Positions 46,420-54,970 of a stretch of DNA of 64,000 nucleotides are shown here, in pieces. The first letter of the stretch is position 1. Every line of letters starts with the position of its first letter. The stretch lies in NCBI GenBank assembly GCA_965222605.1, contig OZ244960.1:5696001-5760000 (forward strand). Direction: 5' to 3'. The notes beneath the pieces are model-generated. The model saw only the letters and a list, made by a program, of their open reading frames with translations. It was not told the DNA's origin and did not search any database. A program made the position numbers and the translations under genes. Source of the DNA: Candidatus Latescibacterota bacterium (GTDB lineage Bacteria > Latescibacterota > UBA2968).

Positions 46420-48540
46420 ATGCGTTTTTATTTTCGACATTTTTTGATTTTTGCCTGTGTTTTTGGCATGCCTGGCAATCCCATTTTCGCTCAGAATACA
46501 GAAGAGGAGGAGAAGCGGGAAGAAGAGCTGCCCGTTTATGCAGGGGAAGAGATTGTGGTGACGGAAAGCAAGGAAAAAGTTCCCACGGTGAGCACAATTG
46601 CGACCAAGGTCCCCATTCCAATCCGTTTGACACCGGCGAGTATCGGTGTTGTCAATCACGGGTTGTTTCAACACCAGAGTGGCGTGGTTTTGGGGGATGC
46701 ACTACGAAATGTGAGTGGGGTCAATATTCAAACCGTATTTGGTGTCACAGATTTCTTCGTTATTCGCGGGTTTGATTCGCTTTCCAGTGGGCTGGTGCTC
46801 ACCGATGGCGCGTCTGAGCCAGAAGCTACGTTTTACAATCTTTACAATTTGGAGCGCGTGGAGGTGCTCAAGGGACCGGGCGCATTTTTATACGGCGGAA
46901 ACCCGCTTTCTGGGTCGGTGAATCTGAGTCGCAAACAACCGATTTTTACGAATGCATTCCAGATCGGAGGTTCTTACGGTCCCTACAAGACGGGGCGTGG
47001 AACAGTAGATGCGAATTGGGCGGATATCGATCAGGGTATTGCCTTGCGCGTCAATGCGTTACGACAGGTATCTGACAGCTATCGCGATGATAAAGACAGC
47101 GGCTTGTGGGCCGTGAATCCCGCGGTGACCTGGCGGCCCAATGACAACACCACAGTGACCGCCAATTTTGAATATGTCACCAGCAGGTACAAATCGGATT
47201 CGGGTCTGCCCATTATCAGTGGGGCGGTTGCAGATGTGCCGCGCACACAATCGTATCAATCGCCTTTTGATGCGTCAGATCAAGATATTTATCGGGCGCG
47301 CGTCGATCTTCAGTCTCGCTTGTCGCGGCGGGTCACGCTTCGCAACAAGCTCTATTATACTGATTTTTCATGGGTATCTCAGGGCACATTGTTCAGTGGC
47401 GTTTTTCCCAATGCCGAGGGGAGTCTGGACATCCTGCGCTCACTTGTTCTTTTGGACGACCGCCAGAGGGTTTTGGGCAATCAGTTTGAGCTTTTATCTA
47501 CATTTCGCACGGGCCACGTAGAACACACTGTGCTCACCGGACTGGAACTGATGCAGTGGAAAGACAAATTTACCTTAGATGTGGCTGCTTTGCCCAATAT
47601 CGACGTGTTCAACCCTGTGGAAACCGCGAGCCAACCTTATTTTATTATTCCGGGGCAATCGCAGGGAGCAGATTCAAAAAGCCGCGTTGTTGCGCCCTAT
47701 ATTGTGGATCGCATTGTCTTTTGTCCATGCTATCAGGCATTTGTAGGCGTGCGATACGACCGCATTGATTACGATGATCCCCTGACTTCTACTTCTCGCA
47801 AGTACAACAAACTGAGTCCTATGGCTGGCATGGTGGTTTCATTTACGAAGGATCTCTCGTTTTACGCCAATATCGGGAGAGCCTTTGCGCCTCCCTCCAG
47901 CCAGGTCGCAGGTCCACGAGAAACCGAAGAGAGTTTCCAGATGGAAGTGGGGGCGAAAAAATACCTGTTGGACAATCGCCTGCACGCGAGCCTTGCAGTT
48001 TATCATTTGACAAAAAACAATATTGGTATTCCCGATGCAACAGGTGTGACAAAACAAGATGGGGACCAGAGATCTCGCGGTGTCGAGCTTGAAGTGATGA
48101 TGCGCCCCGTGAGAAATTGGCACACATTTTTGTCCTATGCATTTTCCAATGCCAAACTCACCCGTTTTGCCGAGTTTGTTCCCGTGTTCACGCAAACGGG
48201 CATCACATACCAGCTTGCAGATCGTTCGGGTAATAGGGCGGCTTTTTCGCCGCGTCATATTTTTAATGTGTGGACGGCGAGAGGATTTGAAAACGGGTTG
48301 GAATTTGGGATTGGCGCGCGCTATGTTGCCAGCCAGTTTATTGCCGAAGACAATCAATTCCAAATTAGAGACGTGTTGACGCTGGATGCCTCGGTGTCTT
48401 ATGCGTACAGACATATAAAATTTCGCATCAACGCCAAAAATTTGACCAATCGGGAATACGAAACGCGGGGCTTTGGTTCCACCTCAATTATTCCGGCCAA
48501 TCCATTTGGCATGTATTGCGCTTTTGAAATCAATATTTGA
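46420..48540 (+). CDS. TonB-dependent receptor (siderophore-receptor-like)
   Basis: Signal peptide, TonB box EEIVVT, plug motifs IRGF and ERVEVLKGPGAFLYG, and barrel-end NLTNREY. Confidence 0.92.
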   Translation: MRFYFRHFLIFACVFGMPGNPIFAQNTEEEEKREEELPVYAGEEIVVTESKEKVPTVSTIATKVPIPIRLTPASIGVVNHGLFQHQSGVVLGDALRNVSGVNIQTVFGVTDFFVIRGFDSLSSGLVLTDGASEPEATFYNLYNLERVEVLKGPGAFLYGGNPLSGSVNLSRKQPIFTNAFQIGGSYGPYKTGRGTVDANWADIDQGIALRVNALRQVSDSYRDDKDSGLWAVNPAVTWRPNDNTTVTANFEYVTSRYKSDSGLPIISGAVADVPRTQSYQSPFDASDQDIYRARVDLQSRLSRRVTLRNKLYYTDFSWVSQGTLFSGVFPNAEGSLDILRSLVLLDDRQRVLGNQFELLSTFRTGHVEHTVLTGLELMQWKDKFTLDVAALPNIDVFNPVETASQPYFIIPGQSQGADSKSRVVAPYIVDRIVFCPCYQAFVGVRYDRIDYDDPLTSTSRKYNKLSPMAGMVVSFTKDLSFYANIGRAFAPPSSQVAGPRETEESFQMEVGAKKYLLDNRLHASLAVYHLTKNNIGIPDATGVTKQDGDQRSRGVELEVMMRPVRNWHTFLSYAFSNAKLTRFAEFVPVFTQTGITYQLADRSGNRAAFSPRHIFNVWTARGFENGLEFGIGARYVASQFIAEDNQFQIRDVLTLDASVSYAYRHIKFRINAKNLTNREYETRGFGSTSIIPANPFGMYCAFEINI

Positions 48541-48543
48541 ACT

Positions 48544-49812
48544 ATGCCTGACTTGACCACAGATCGAGACGCGCTCTGGCAGCGGCAGTTGAAGCGGTTG
48601 CGCGGTATGCTGTCTTCAGTGCTGAATGGCAATGATTTTTATCGCAATAAGTTGAATCGGGCGGGTATTCAACGACCCGAAGATATTCAGACGCGCGATG
48701 ATTACAGGCTATTGCCCTTCACAACCAAAGCGGAATTATCGGCAGATCAGTTGGCGTATCCACCTTATGGAAGCAACCTGACGTTTCCGCTGGATCACTA
48801 TATCCGCGTCCATCAAACATCGGGTACTACGGGAGAGCCTCTGTGCTGGTTGGATACGGTAGAGAGTTGGGATTGGTTTGCGCGCTGCTGGACTTATGTG
48901 TATCGCGGGGCGGGCGTGACGGCAAATGACAGATTGTTTTTTGCCTTTTCTTTTGGTCCTTTTATTGGATTCTGGAGCGGGCATGAGGGTGCGCATTTGA
49001 TGGGTGCGATGTCCATCTCTGGGGGGGCCATGTCTTCGATTCAGCGTTTGCAAGCGATTCAGGATTATCGGGCTACTGTTCTTATCTGTACGCCGACGTA
49101 TGCTCTGCATCTGGCAGAGGTGGCTCAGGCCGAAGGCATTGATATTGCAGGTGGAAGTGTTCAGACCACGATTCACGCGGGCGAACCCGGCGCGGGATTG
49201 CCCGCGACCAGACAGCGCATTGAGCAGGCCTGGGGCGCGCGTTGTTACGACCACGCGGGGGCGACTGAGGTGGGTGCGTGGGGATTTGAATGTGCGTTTC
49301 GAGATGGCATGCATATCAACGAAGCCGAATTTATTTGCGAAGTGATTGATCCCAATACGGATGAACATGCAAGCGAAGGCGAGTTGGTGCTCACCAATTT
49401 GGGACGCGCTGGCATGCCCGTTATTCGCTATCGCACGGGAGATCGCGTGAAGCTGCATGCAGGAATATGTGATTGCGGTTCAAGTTTCTCTCATCTGGAA
49501 GGGGGCGTGATTGGGCGTATTGATGATGCGTTGATTATCCGCGGGGTCAATGTCTATCCCAGTGCGATTGAAAATATCGTGCGGGGATTTCCCGAAGTGA
49601 CTGAGTTTGCGGTGGATATCTACCGACAAGGTGAAATGGATGATATGAAAATTCGCATCGAATTAAATGGCGGAGAGTCGGGCCCGATTGCCGAGGCGAT
49701 AGCCAGAGAAGTGCGACATATTCTGAGCATACGCGCCGGCGTTCAAACCGTGCCGCACAATACTTTGCCGCGATTTGAGTTGAAAGCGAGACGGTTTACG
49801 GATCATCGTTAA
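48544..49812 (+). CDS. Phenylacetate-CoA ligase family (PaaK-like) protein
   Basis: TSGTTGEP, CTPTYA, AGEPG, GATEVG, RYRTGD, GRIDDALIIRGVNVYP. Confidence 0.88.
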   Translation: MPDLTTDRDALWQRQLKRLRGMLSSVLNGNDFYRNKLNRAGIQRPEDIQTRDDYRLLPFTTKAELSADQLAYPPYGSNLTFPLDHYIRVHQTSGTTGEPLCWLDTVESWDWFARCWTYVYRGAGVTANDRLFFAFSFGPFIGFWSGHEGAHLMGAMSISGGAMSSIQRLQAIQDYRATVLICTPTYALHLAEVAQAEGIDIAGGSVQTTIHAGEPGAGLPATRQRIEQAWGARCYDHAGATEVGAWGFECAFRDGMHINEAEFICEVIDPNTDEHASEGELVLTNLGRAGMPVIRYRTGDRVKLHAGICDCGSSFSHLEGGVIGRIDDALIIRGVNVYPSAIENIVRGFPEVTEFAVDIYRQGEMDDMKIRIELNGGESGPIAEAIAREVRHILSIRAGVQTVPHNTLPRFELKARRFTDHR

Positions 49813-49814
49813 AA

Positions 49815-49829
49815 AGCAATACTATTGCT
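49815..49829. promoter_or_regulatory. Palindrome upstream of the TA pair (possible operator)
   Basis: AGCAATA-C-TATTGCT. Confidence 0.35.
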
Positions 49830-49891
49830 AAATAGTTATATTGATTGAAAGCTGCTGTTTTACCGTTTGATATACAGCCAAGAAGTCAATA

Positions 49892-50230
49892 ATGCATATT
49901 GCACAACCAAGAGAGCTACAAATCTACCGTACCCCAAATGGTCGCGCACTTTTTATTGACTGGTTGAAATCACTTCGAGATCGAAGAGCGCGAAAACAGA
50001 TTCAAGTCCGACTTGACCGTCTCGAAACCGGTAATTTCGGTGATTGCAGATCAGTTGGAGAAGGTGTGTTTGAACTCCGTTTCCAGTTCGGTCCAGGCTA
50101 TCGCATCTATTTTGGAGAAGTAGATCAGACTATTGTGTTGCTCCTCTGCGGCGGGGATAAATCTTCGCAAGTCAGAGATATTGAACAGGCAAAAGCCTAT
50201 TGGAGAGAATACAAGGAGTCCCAAAAATGA
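49892..50230 (+). CDS. RelE/HigB-like addiction-module killer toxin
   Basis: WLKSLRD...RLDRLETGNFGD..SVGEGVFELR..FGPGYRIYF...LLLCGGDKSSQ. Confidence 0.9.
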   Translation: MHIAQPRELQIYRTPNGRALFIDWLKSLRDRRARKQIQVRLDRLETGNFGDCRSVGEGVFELRFQFGPGYRIYFGEVDQTIVLLLCGGDKSSQVRDIEQAKAYWREYKESQK

Positions 50231-50733
50231 GAAAAATGATAAAGTATCGCGATTACTTAATTGAAGAACTTTCTGACCGCGAAGAGGCAATTGTCTATCT
50301 CCAAACCTCCATAGAAGAATATCAGAAGGACGGGGATACTTTAGCCCTCCTGTTAGCACTCCAAAGCATTATCGAAGCGCAGAGGGGGCGGAGTGAACTC
50401 GTTCTGCAAGTTTATTTGTTGCGAGGCTTGGTTTATCACTCACAAAAGGAGTATGACGCCGCCATTGAAGACTATACCAAAGTGCTGGAACTGAATCTCG
50501 ATTATAAAGGAGATAGCAGCCTGCCTGACCTTCTGACCAGTGCCTTTGAGGAAGTTCAAAAACTTCCCGAAGAGTCACGGGATGCACTTGCCGAGCAATT
50601 GATAAAAGATATAGAGGCAGATATCCAGTGGGATGAAACACTGGCAAAATCTCCCGATGTGCTTGCAAGACTTGCAGATAAGGCCAGAGAAGAATATAAA
50701 GCGGGGCGTACAGAACAACTGAAAAACTTTTAG
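50227..50733 (+). CDS. Chimeric antitoxin: addiction-module antidote N-terminus, one TPR, and a second antitoxin-like domain
   Basis: YLIEELSDREEAIVYL...LLALQSIIEAQRG, then YLLRGLVYHSQKEYDAAIEDYTKVLELN, then LLTSAFEEVQKLPEE...WDETL...LADKAREEYKAGRT. Confidence 0.7.
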   Translation: MRKMIKYRDYLIEELSDREEAIVYLQTSIEEYQKDGDTLALLLALQSIIEAQRGRSELVLQVYLLRGLVYHSQKEYDAAIEDYTKVLELNLDYKGDSSLPDLLTSAFEEVQKLPEESRDALAEQLIKDIEADIQWDETLAKSPDVLARLADKAREEYKAGRTEQLKNF

Positions 50734-50743
50734 GAACTATTTC

Positions 50744-52003
50744 ATGATCTTAGATCAATACGATGTCATTGTCATTGGCGGGGGACCCGCGGGAAGCACG
50801 ACAGCTGCGCTTGTCGCTGAATACGGGCACTGCGTGCTGCTGCTGGAGCGGGAAGAGTTTCCCAGATTTCAGATTGGCGAATCCCTGATGCCGGGTACGT
50901 ACTGGTCATTCAAACGACTGGGGTTGCTCGACAAATTAAAAAAAAGTGCGTTTGTCAAAAAATACAGTGTTCAATTTTTCAGCGGTTCGGGAAAAGGTTC
51001 TGCGCCATTTTATTTTCACTTACACGATCCCCACGAGAGTTCCATCACATATCAGGTGTTGCGCAGCGAATTTGATCTTATGATGCTGGACAATGCCCGA
51101 GAGAAAGGTACCGAAGTTGAGCAGGGGGCGAGTGTACATCAGGTGCATTTTAGCGGGGATAGGGCAACGGGTGTTCAGGTAAAATACCGCGATGGACAGA
51201 TCAAAGATGTATCTGCCAATGTCATCGTAGATGCGACGGGGCGAAGCGCGCTTATTTCGCGAAAGCTAAAGACCAAGACGATTGAGCCAAAGCTCAAAAA
51301 AGCGTCCATTTTCACGCACTACAAAGGCGCGTTCCGCGATGAGGGGATTGACGAAGGTGCAACGCTGATTTTACATACGCAAGACAAGGATTCCTGGTTC
51401 TGGTACATCCCACTGCCAGATGATGTGGTCAGCGTGGGCGTTGTCGGGGGATTGGATTATCTGCTGCAGAACCGCAAGAGAAGCCCCCAGGAAATTTTTG
51501 AAGAAGAGTTGGCAAAGTGCATCCGCATGGAAGAACGACTCGCGGGAGCCGAGCAGTTATTTCCCATGAAAGTCACACAGGACTTTTCATACCGATCCGA
51601 TACTGTCGCGGGTGAGGGATGGGTACTGGTGGGTGATGCTTTTGGTTTTATCGATCCCGTTTATTCCTCGGGTGTGTTCCTCGCGCTCAAATCGGGCGAG
51701 ATGGCCGCCGATGCGATCCACGAGGCCATTGAAAAGCGCGATTTCTCTGCCGAGCAACTCGGCAAATGGGGACCAGAATTTCTTCCTGGCATGGAGGCGA
51801 TTCGCAAATTGGTCTATGCTTTTTATTCCAAAAATTTCAGTTTTGCCAAATTTTTAAAATCACATCCAGATTGTATAGATGGCGTTATCAATATCTTAAA
51901 AGGCAATGTCTATCGCGAAGATGTCACCCCTATTTTTGAGCCTATGGGGCAAATGTGCGATCTGCCCGAAACTGTGGATCACTACGCTGAGGTCTCTGAT
52001 TAA
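50744..52003 (+). CDS. FAD-dependent halogenase-like oxidoreductase
   Basis: GGGPAG, IGESL, FVKK (candidate catalytic Lys), DATGR, WFWYIP (WxWxIP), GDAFGFIDPVYSSGV. Confidence 0.8.
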   Translation: MILDQYDVIVIGGGPAGSTTAALVAEYGHCVLLLEREEFPRFQIGESLMPGTYWSFKRLGLLDKLKKSAFVKKYSVQFFSGSGKGSAPFYFHLHDPHESSITYQVLRSEFDLMMLDNAREKGTEVEQGASVHQVHFSGDRATGVQVKYRDGQIKDVSANVIVDATGRSALISRKLKTKTIEPKLKKASIFTHYKGAFRDEGIDEGATLILHTQDKDSWFWYIPLPDDVVSVGVVGGLDYLLQNRKRSPQEIFEEELAKCIRMEERLAGAEQLFPMKVTQDFSYRSDTVAGEGWVLVGDAFGFIDPVYSSGVFLALKSGEMAADAIHEAIEKRDFSAEQLGKWGPEFLPGMEAIRKLVYAFYSKNFSFAKFLKSHPDCIDGVINILKGNVYREDVTPIFEPMGQMCDLPETVDHYAEVSD

Positions 52004-52018
52004 ACGGGATTGCTGTAT

Positions 52019-53320
52019 ATGCGAATTGCTTATATTGCCGCTGGTGCCGCGGGCATGTATTGTGGCAGTTGTATTCACGACAATGCGCTGGCCTCTGCTC
52101 TCCAGCGCAAGGGAATAGATTTCGCGCTTATTCCAACGTACACGCCCCTGCGTACCGATGAACCGGGCGCGAGTATCGATCGGGTATTTTACGGTGGCAT
52201 CAATGTTTATCTCCAGCAGAAAATGGGTATTTTTCGGCACACGCCGTATTTTATTGATCGGTTATTGAATAGTCGAATACTGCTCAATAGTCTCGCCCGT
52301 TTCAGTGGATCAACCCGTGCGGAAGACCTCGGCGCACTCACGGTATCGGTTTTAGAAGGGGAAGAAGGCGCGCAAAAAAAAGAACTCGCAAAGCTGGTGC
52401 GCTGGTTAAAAGAGGATTTCCAGCCCGATCTCGTGCAATTGACCAATTCCATGTTTTTGGGCATGGCCAGAGAAATGAAACGAGAACTCGGTGTTCCCAT
52501 TTTGTGTTCTCTGCAAGGCGAAGATATTTTCCTCGAAGGATTGATAGAACCCTACAAATCGGACGCGCGGCAGTGCTTACAAGATCGGGCAAAGGATGTC
52601 GATGGATTTGTCGCTACTTGCGATTATTATGCCGATTTTATGGCCGATTATCTCGATGTGCCGCGCAGTCGAATGCACATCGCGCCTTTGGGTATCAAAT
52701 TAGATGGGCATGGAGAAAGCGATGTAAAGCCAGACCCATTGCCTTTTGCGATTGGTTATCTCGCCCGAATATGTCCCGAGAAGGGGTTGCATGTGCTGGT
52801 TGATGCATTTCATCAATTGGCTGAACAAGTCGGTAAGGAAAATGTAAGACTCAGTGTTGCCGGTTATCTCGGACAAAGAGACGCGCCGTATTTTCAGCGC
52901 GTATGCGAACAAATCGCATCCCGGGGACTTTCCGATGTTTTTGATTATCGCGGGGAAGTCAATCGAGATGAAAAAATTGCATTTCTGAATAGCGTCCATA
53001 TCTTATCCGTACCTACGCCTTATAAAGAGCCTAAAGGACTATCGCTGCTTGAAGCTATGGCCAATGGCGTTCCCGTTGTTCAGCCTCGGCACGGTATTTT
53101 TCCAGAATGGATTGAAAAAACGGGTGGGGGAATTTTGGTAGAGCCAGATTCTTCAGAGGCATTGGCGGCTGGGCTGTTGTGGATGATGAATGACGAAGAA
53201 GGGCGAGAGGCGATGGGGCAAAAAGGCAAAGAAGCAGTGCATCAAAATTTTAGCGACGACGATATGGCGAAAGCAACACTGGCGGTATATCGACAGTATG
53301 TGATGGATTCAAAAACTTAA
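52019..53320 (+). CDS. Glycosyltransferase family 4 with an N-terminal CxxC
   Basis: MYCGSCIHD, RICPEKG, EPKGLSLLEAMANGVPVV. Confidence 0.88.
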   Translation: MRIAYIAAGAAGMYCGSCIHDNALASALQRKGIDFALIPTYTPLRTDEPGASIDRVFYGGINVYLQQKMGIFRHTPYFIDRLLNSRILLNSLARFSGSTRAEDLGALTVSVLEGEEGAQKKELAKLVRWLKEDFQPDLVQLTNSMFLGMAREMKRELGVPILCSLQGEDIFLEGLIEPYKSDARQCLQDRAKDVDGFVATCDYYADFMADYLDVPRSRMHIAPLGIKLDGHGESDVKPDPLPFAIGYLARICPEKGLHVLVDAFHQLAEQVGKENVRLSVAGYLGQRDAPYFQRVCEQIASRGLSDVFDYRGEVNRDEKIAFLNSVHILSVPTPYKEPKGLSLLEAMANGVPVVQPRHGIFPEWIEKTGGGILVEPDSSEALAAGLLWMMNDEEGREAMGQKGKEAVHQNFSDDDMAKATLAVYRQYVMDSKT

Positions 53321-53333
53321 TACAGGGGGGCAA

Positions 53334-53825
53334 ATGCCGACTTCATCTTCTGGACTTACGTGGTTGATTTTTGCGTTGTTGACTGTGGGGGCGTGGGGTT
53401 TGTACGGGATTTTTTTGCACACCGGGCAGATCGCTATGGGCGATCCCGAAAATGGACGCTACAAGGCGTTTCTTTTTGTGGGAATTGCCTATCTTTTGAC
53501 CGCCGTTATTGGATCTCTCATTGTGCTGGCGATCAACGGCTCGGACTGGACATTCCCGACAAAAGGGCTGACATGGTCGCTGCTGGCTGGTATTGTGGGG
53601 GCAATTGGCGCGTTCGGCGTGCTCCTCGCCTTTGGAGCAAAGGGAACGCCGCCCGTGGTTATGTCCATTGTTTTTGCCGGCGCGCCTATGGTCAATGCTG
53701 TCGTCTCTCTCATTATGCATCCGCCAGCAGGTGGATGGGGCGGTTTGAACTGGCAATTTGTGTTGGGTATTATATTGGCCGCGCTGGGAGGGTGTCTGGT
53801 GACCTTATTTAAACCTTCGTCTTGA
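53334..53825 (+). CDS. Small five-TM membrane protein (EamA/DMT-like)
   Basis: Five hydrophobic helices, WGLYG, VMSIVFAGAP. Confidence 0.65.
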   Translation: MPTSSSGLTWLIFALLTVGAWGLYGIFLHTGQIAMGDPENGRYKAFLFVGIAYLLTAVIGSLIVLAINGSDWTFPTKGLTWSLLAGIVGAIGAFGVLLAFGAKGTPPVVMSIVFAGAPMVNAVVSLIMHPPAGGWGGLNWQFVLGIILAALGGCLVTLFKPSS

Positions 53826-53840
53826 TTGAAAATAAAAACT

Positions 53841-54263
53841 ATGCACAGTGAATTTCACACCACACACAGAGTCGCGTTTTCCGATACGGACATGGCCGGG
53901 ATTGTACACTTTTCCCGGTTTTTTGTCTTTATGGAAGCGGCCGAGCACGCTTTTTTGCGCGCGTTGGGTACGAGTGTTTCAACAGAATGGGATGGGAATA
54001 AAATTGGATGGCCGCGGTTGGAGGCGACGTGTACATATCTCAGTCCGGCCGTATTTGAAGATGTGCTGGATATTCATCTGAAGGTGATACGGAAGGGTAC
54101 AAAATCGTTGACCTATCGGTTTGATTTTTTTCGCGGGGAAACGGCTATTGCCCGTGGAAAATTGAGCACGGTATGTTGTATATGCAATCCCGGCGAAAAA
54201 ATCAGGTCCATACCGATCCCAGATTTTATTGCGGAGCAAATTCAGATCGCGGATGAGAGGTGA
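53841..54263 (+). CDS. Hot-dog acyl-CoA thioesterase (4HBT/YbgC family)
   Basis: RVAFSDTDMAGIVHFSRF...E. Confidence 0.88.
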   Translation: MHSEFHTTHRVAFSDTDMAGIVHFSRFFVFMEAAEHAFLRALGTSVSTEWDGNKIGWPRLEATCTYLSPAVFEDVLDIHLKVIRKGTKSLTYRFDFFRGETAIARGKLSTVCCICNPGEKIRSIPIPDFIAEQIQIADER

Positions 54264-54276
54264 GAAGATGATTGAT

Positions 54277-54304
54277 CTGGATTCCGGCTTTTTCCGGAAT
54301 GACG
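54277..54304. repeat. dRS3/REP-like palindrome
   Basis: CTGG-ATTCCGG-CTTTTT-CCGGAAT-GACG, with a 20-bp ATTCC-N10-GGAAT core. Confidence 0.55.
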
Positions 54305-54316
54305 ATGGAGCACAAA

Positions 54317-54970
54317 ATGGCACTAAAAATTGAGCATCTTTCCAAACGCTTTGGCGATGTAAATGTTTTGCGGGATATATCTTTTGAAATGGCGGCGGGG
54401 CAATCGCTGAGTGTTATGGGACCTTCGGGGTCGGGAAAGAGTACCTTATTGCATGTGCTGGGTACGCTGGATCGACCATCTGAGGGAAGCCTTGAAATTG
54501 AAGGCCAGGATCCCTACGCATTGTCGGAAATCGAACTCGCGCGGTTTAGAAATCAGGGTATTGGATTTGTGTTTCAAGAGCACCATCTTTTGCCGCAATA
54601 CTCGGTTTTGGAAAATGTTTTGATCCCAACGCTGGCATTTAGAAATGGAGATGCGCGAGACCGCGCCCGAGAGATTATTGATCGCGTGGGCTTGTCGCAT
54701 CGCATTGATCATCGGCCCGCTGAATTATCTGGCGGCGAGCGACAGCGCACAGCTGTTGCGCGTGCCCTCATCAATTCCCCGGCATTGCTTTTGTGCGACG
54801 AGCCAACGGGTAGCCTGGATGGGGCGCGAGCAGAAGAAATAGCCGATCTGCTATTTGAGTTGCACAAGCGTGAAAATAATATTCTGATCTGCGCGACGCA
54901 CAGTACGGCACTGGCCCATCGCTTTGAGCGACGGTTTGATCTGCGGGGTGGAACGTGCGTCGAAGTCTGA
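54317..54970 (+). CDS. ABC transporter ATP-binding protein (LolD/MacB type)
   Basis: GPSGSGKST, GFVFQ, LSGGE, CDEPTG. Confidence 0.93.
   Translation: MALKIEHLSKRFGDVNVLRDISFEMAAGQSLSVMGPSGSGKSTLLHVLGTLDRPSEGSLEIEGQDPYALSEIELARFRNQGIGFVFQEHHLLPQYSVLENVLIPTLAFRNGDARDRAREIIDRVGLSHRIDHRPAELSGGERQRTAVARALINSPALLLCDEPTGSLDGARAEEIADLLFELHKRENNILICATHSTALAHRFERRFDLRGGTCVEV

Noticed and set aside
49828-49838. CTAAATAGTTA, matching 11 bp of the IS66 inverted repeat
   Set aside because: The match is short and AT-rich, lacks the terminal C, and has no partner end or target duplication. Chance cannot be excluded.
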